This document shows positions 63,209 to 64,000 of a stretch of 64,000 nt of DNA, one piece after another (positions within the stretch are counted from its first letter, which is position 1; each line of letters opens with the position of its first letter). The translations under genes and the position numbers were made by a program. This DNA is from Octopus vulgaris (taxonomy: Eukaryota): the NCBI GenBank assembly GCA_951406725.2, contig OX597818.1:96906001-96970000 (forward strand), given 5' to 3'. The notes below the pieces were generated by a model. It was not told the origin of the DNA. It saw nothing but the letters and a program-made list of their open reading frames with translations, and made no database searches.

Positions 63209-63830
63209 ATGTGTGTGTGTGTGTGTGTGCTTACATGCATGCATGCATGGGAGGTGTATATGTGTGCATGTGTGTGTGTATGCTTATATGCATGCATGTA
63301 TGGGGGGGTATATGAGTGCATATGTGTGTGTATGCTTACATGCGTGCATGCATGGGGGATGTATATGTGTGCTTACATGCGTGCATGCATGGGGGTGTAT
63401 ATGTGTGTGTGTGTGTGCTTACATGCATGCATGCATAGGGGGGTGTATATGTGTGCATATGTGTGTGTGTGTGCTTACATGCATGCATGGGGGGTGTATA
63501 TGTGTGCATATGTGTGTGTGTGTGTGCTTACATGCATGCATGCATGTGGGATGTATATGTGTGTGTGTGTGTGTGTGTGCTTACATGCATGCATGCATGG
63601 GGGGTGTATATGTGTGTGCTTACATGCGTGCATGTATGGGGGATGTATATGAGTGCATATGTGTGTGTGTGTGTATGCTTACATGCGTGCATGCATGGAG
63701 GGTGTATATGTGTGCATGTGTGTGTGTGTGTGTGCTTACATACATGCATTCACGTGGGGTGTATATGTGTGTGCTTACATGCGTGCATGCATGGGGGGGG
63801 TATATATGTGTGCATATGTTCATGTGTATG
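63209..63830 (+). repeat. Minisatellite, about 35-55 nt unit
   Basis: About 12 repeats of (TG)nCTTACATGCATGCATGCATGGGGGTGTATATG. Confidence 0.9.
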
Positions 63831-64000
63831 AATGTATGTATGTATGTATCATAGTTTTGAGGACACACTTTCTTTCCTCACCATTTTTCTTTCTATCCCT
63901 CTCTCTCTAACTTCTTTCTTCTACCTTGTTGCTACTGCTACTAGATCAATCTTAGCAATTTTGTCTTTCATTCATAAATTCTTTCATTCCTTCTTGTTCA

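Overview
Eukaryotic, AT-rich, microsatellite-saturated genomic DNA, almost certainly from an octopus. The main gene is a complete molluscan hemocyanin on the + strand: TATA box at 3294, 12 coding exons from 3367 to 18222, and AATAAA at 18326. The spliced CDS is 8751 nt (2916 aa): a 23-aa signal peptide split over two tiny exons the ORF track misses, then seven type-3 copper functional units (FU a-g). The rest is mostly transposon debris: three tRNA-derived SINE families; a young RTE-clade LINE family with a PHD-type zinc finger inside the RT region, (ATG)n tails and insertion into (TA)n; CR1 and R4/Dong relics; mariner/Tc1 relics and fold-back MITEs; non-autonomous Helitrons; and Penelope-like remnants. 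Less obvious signals are (i) several minimal hammerhead-ribozyme motifs, one with a compensatory U3-A8 core, (ii) two inverted RTE copies whose 3' UTRs are each expanded into six modular hairpin-rich units, and (iii) a probable minus-strand CCDC15-like gene whose intron may contain those inverted copies. All family names come from motif recognition and recall, not database searches.
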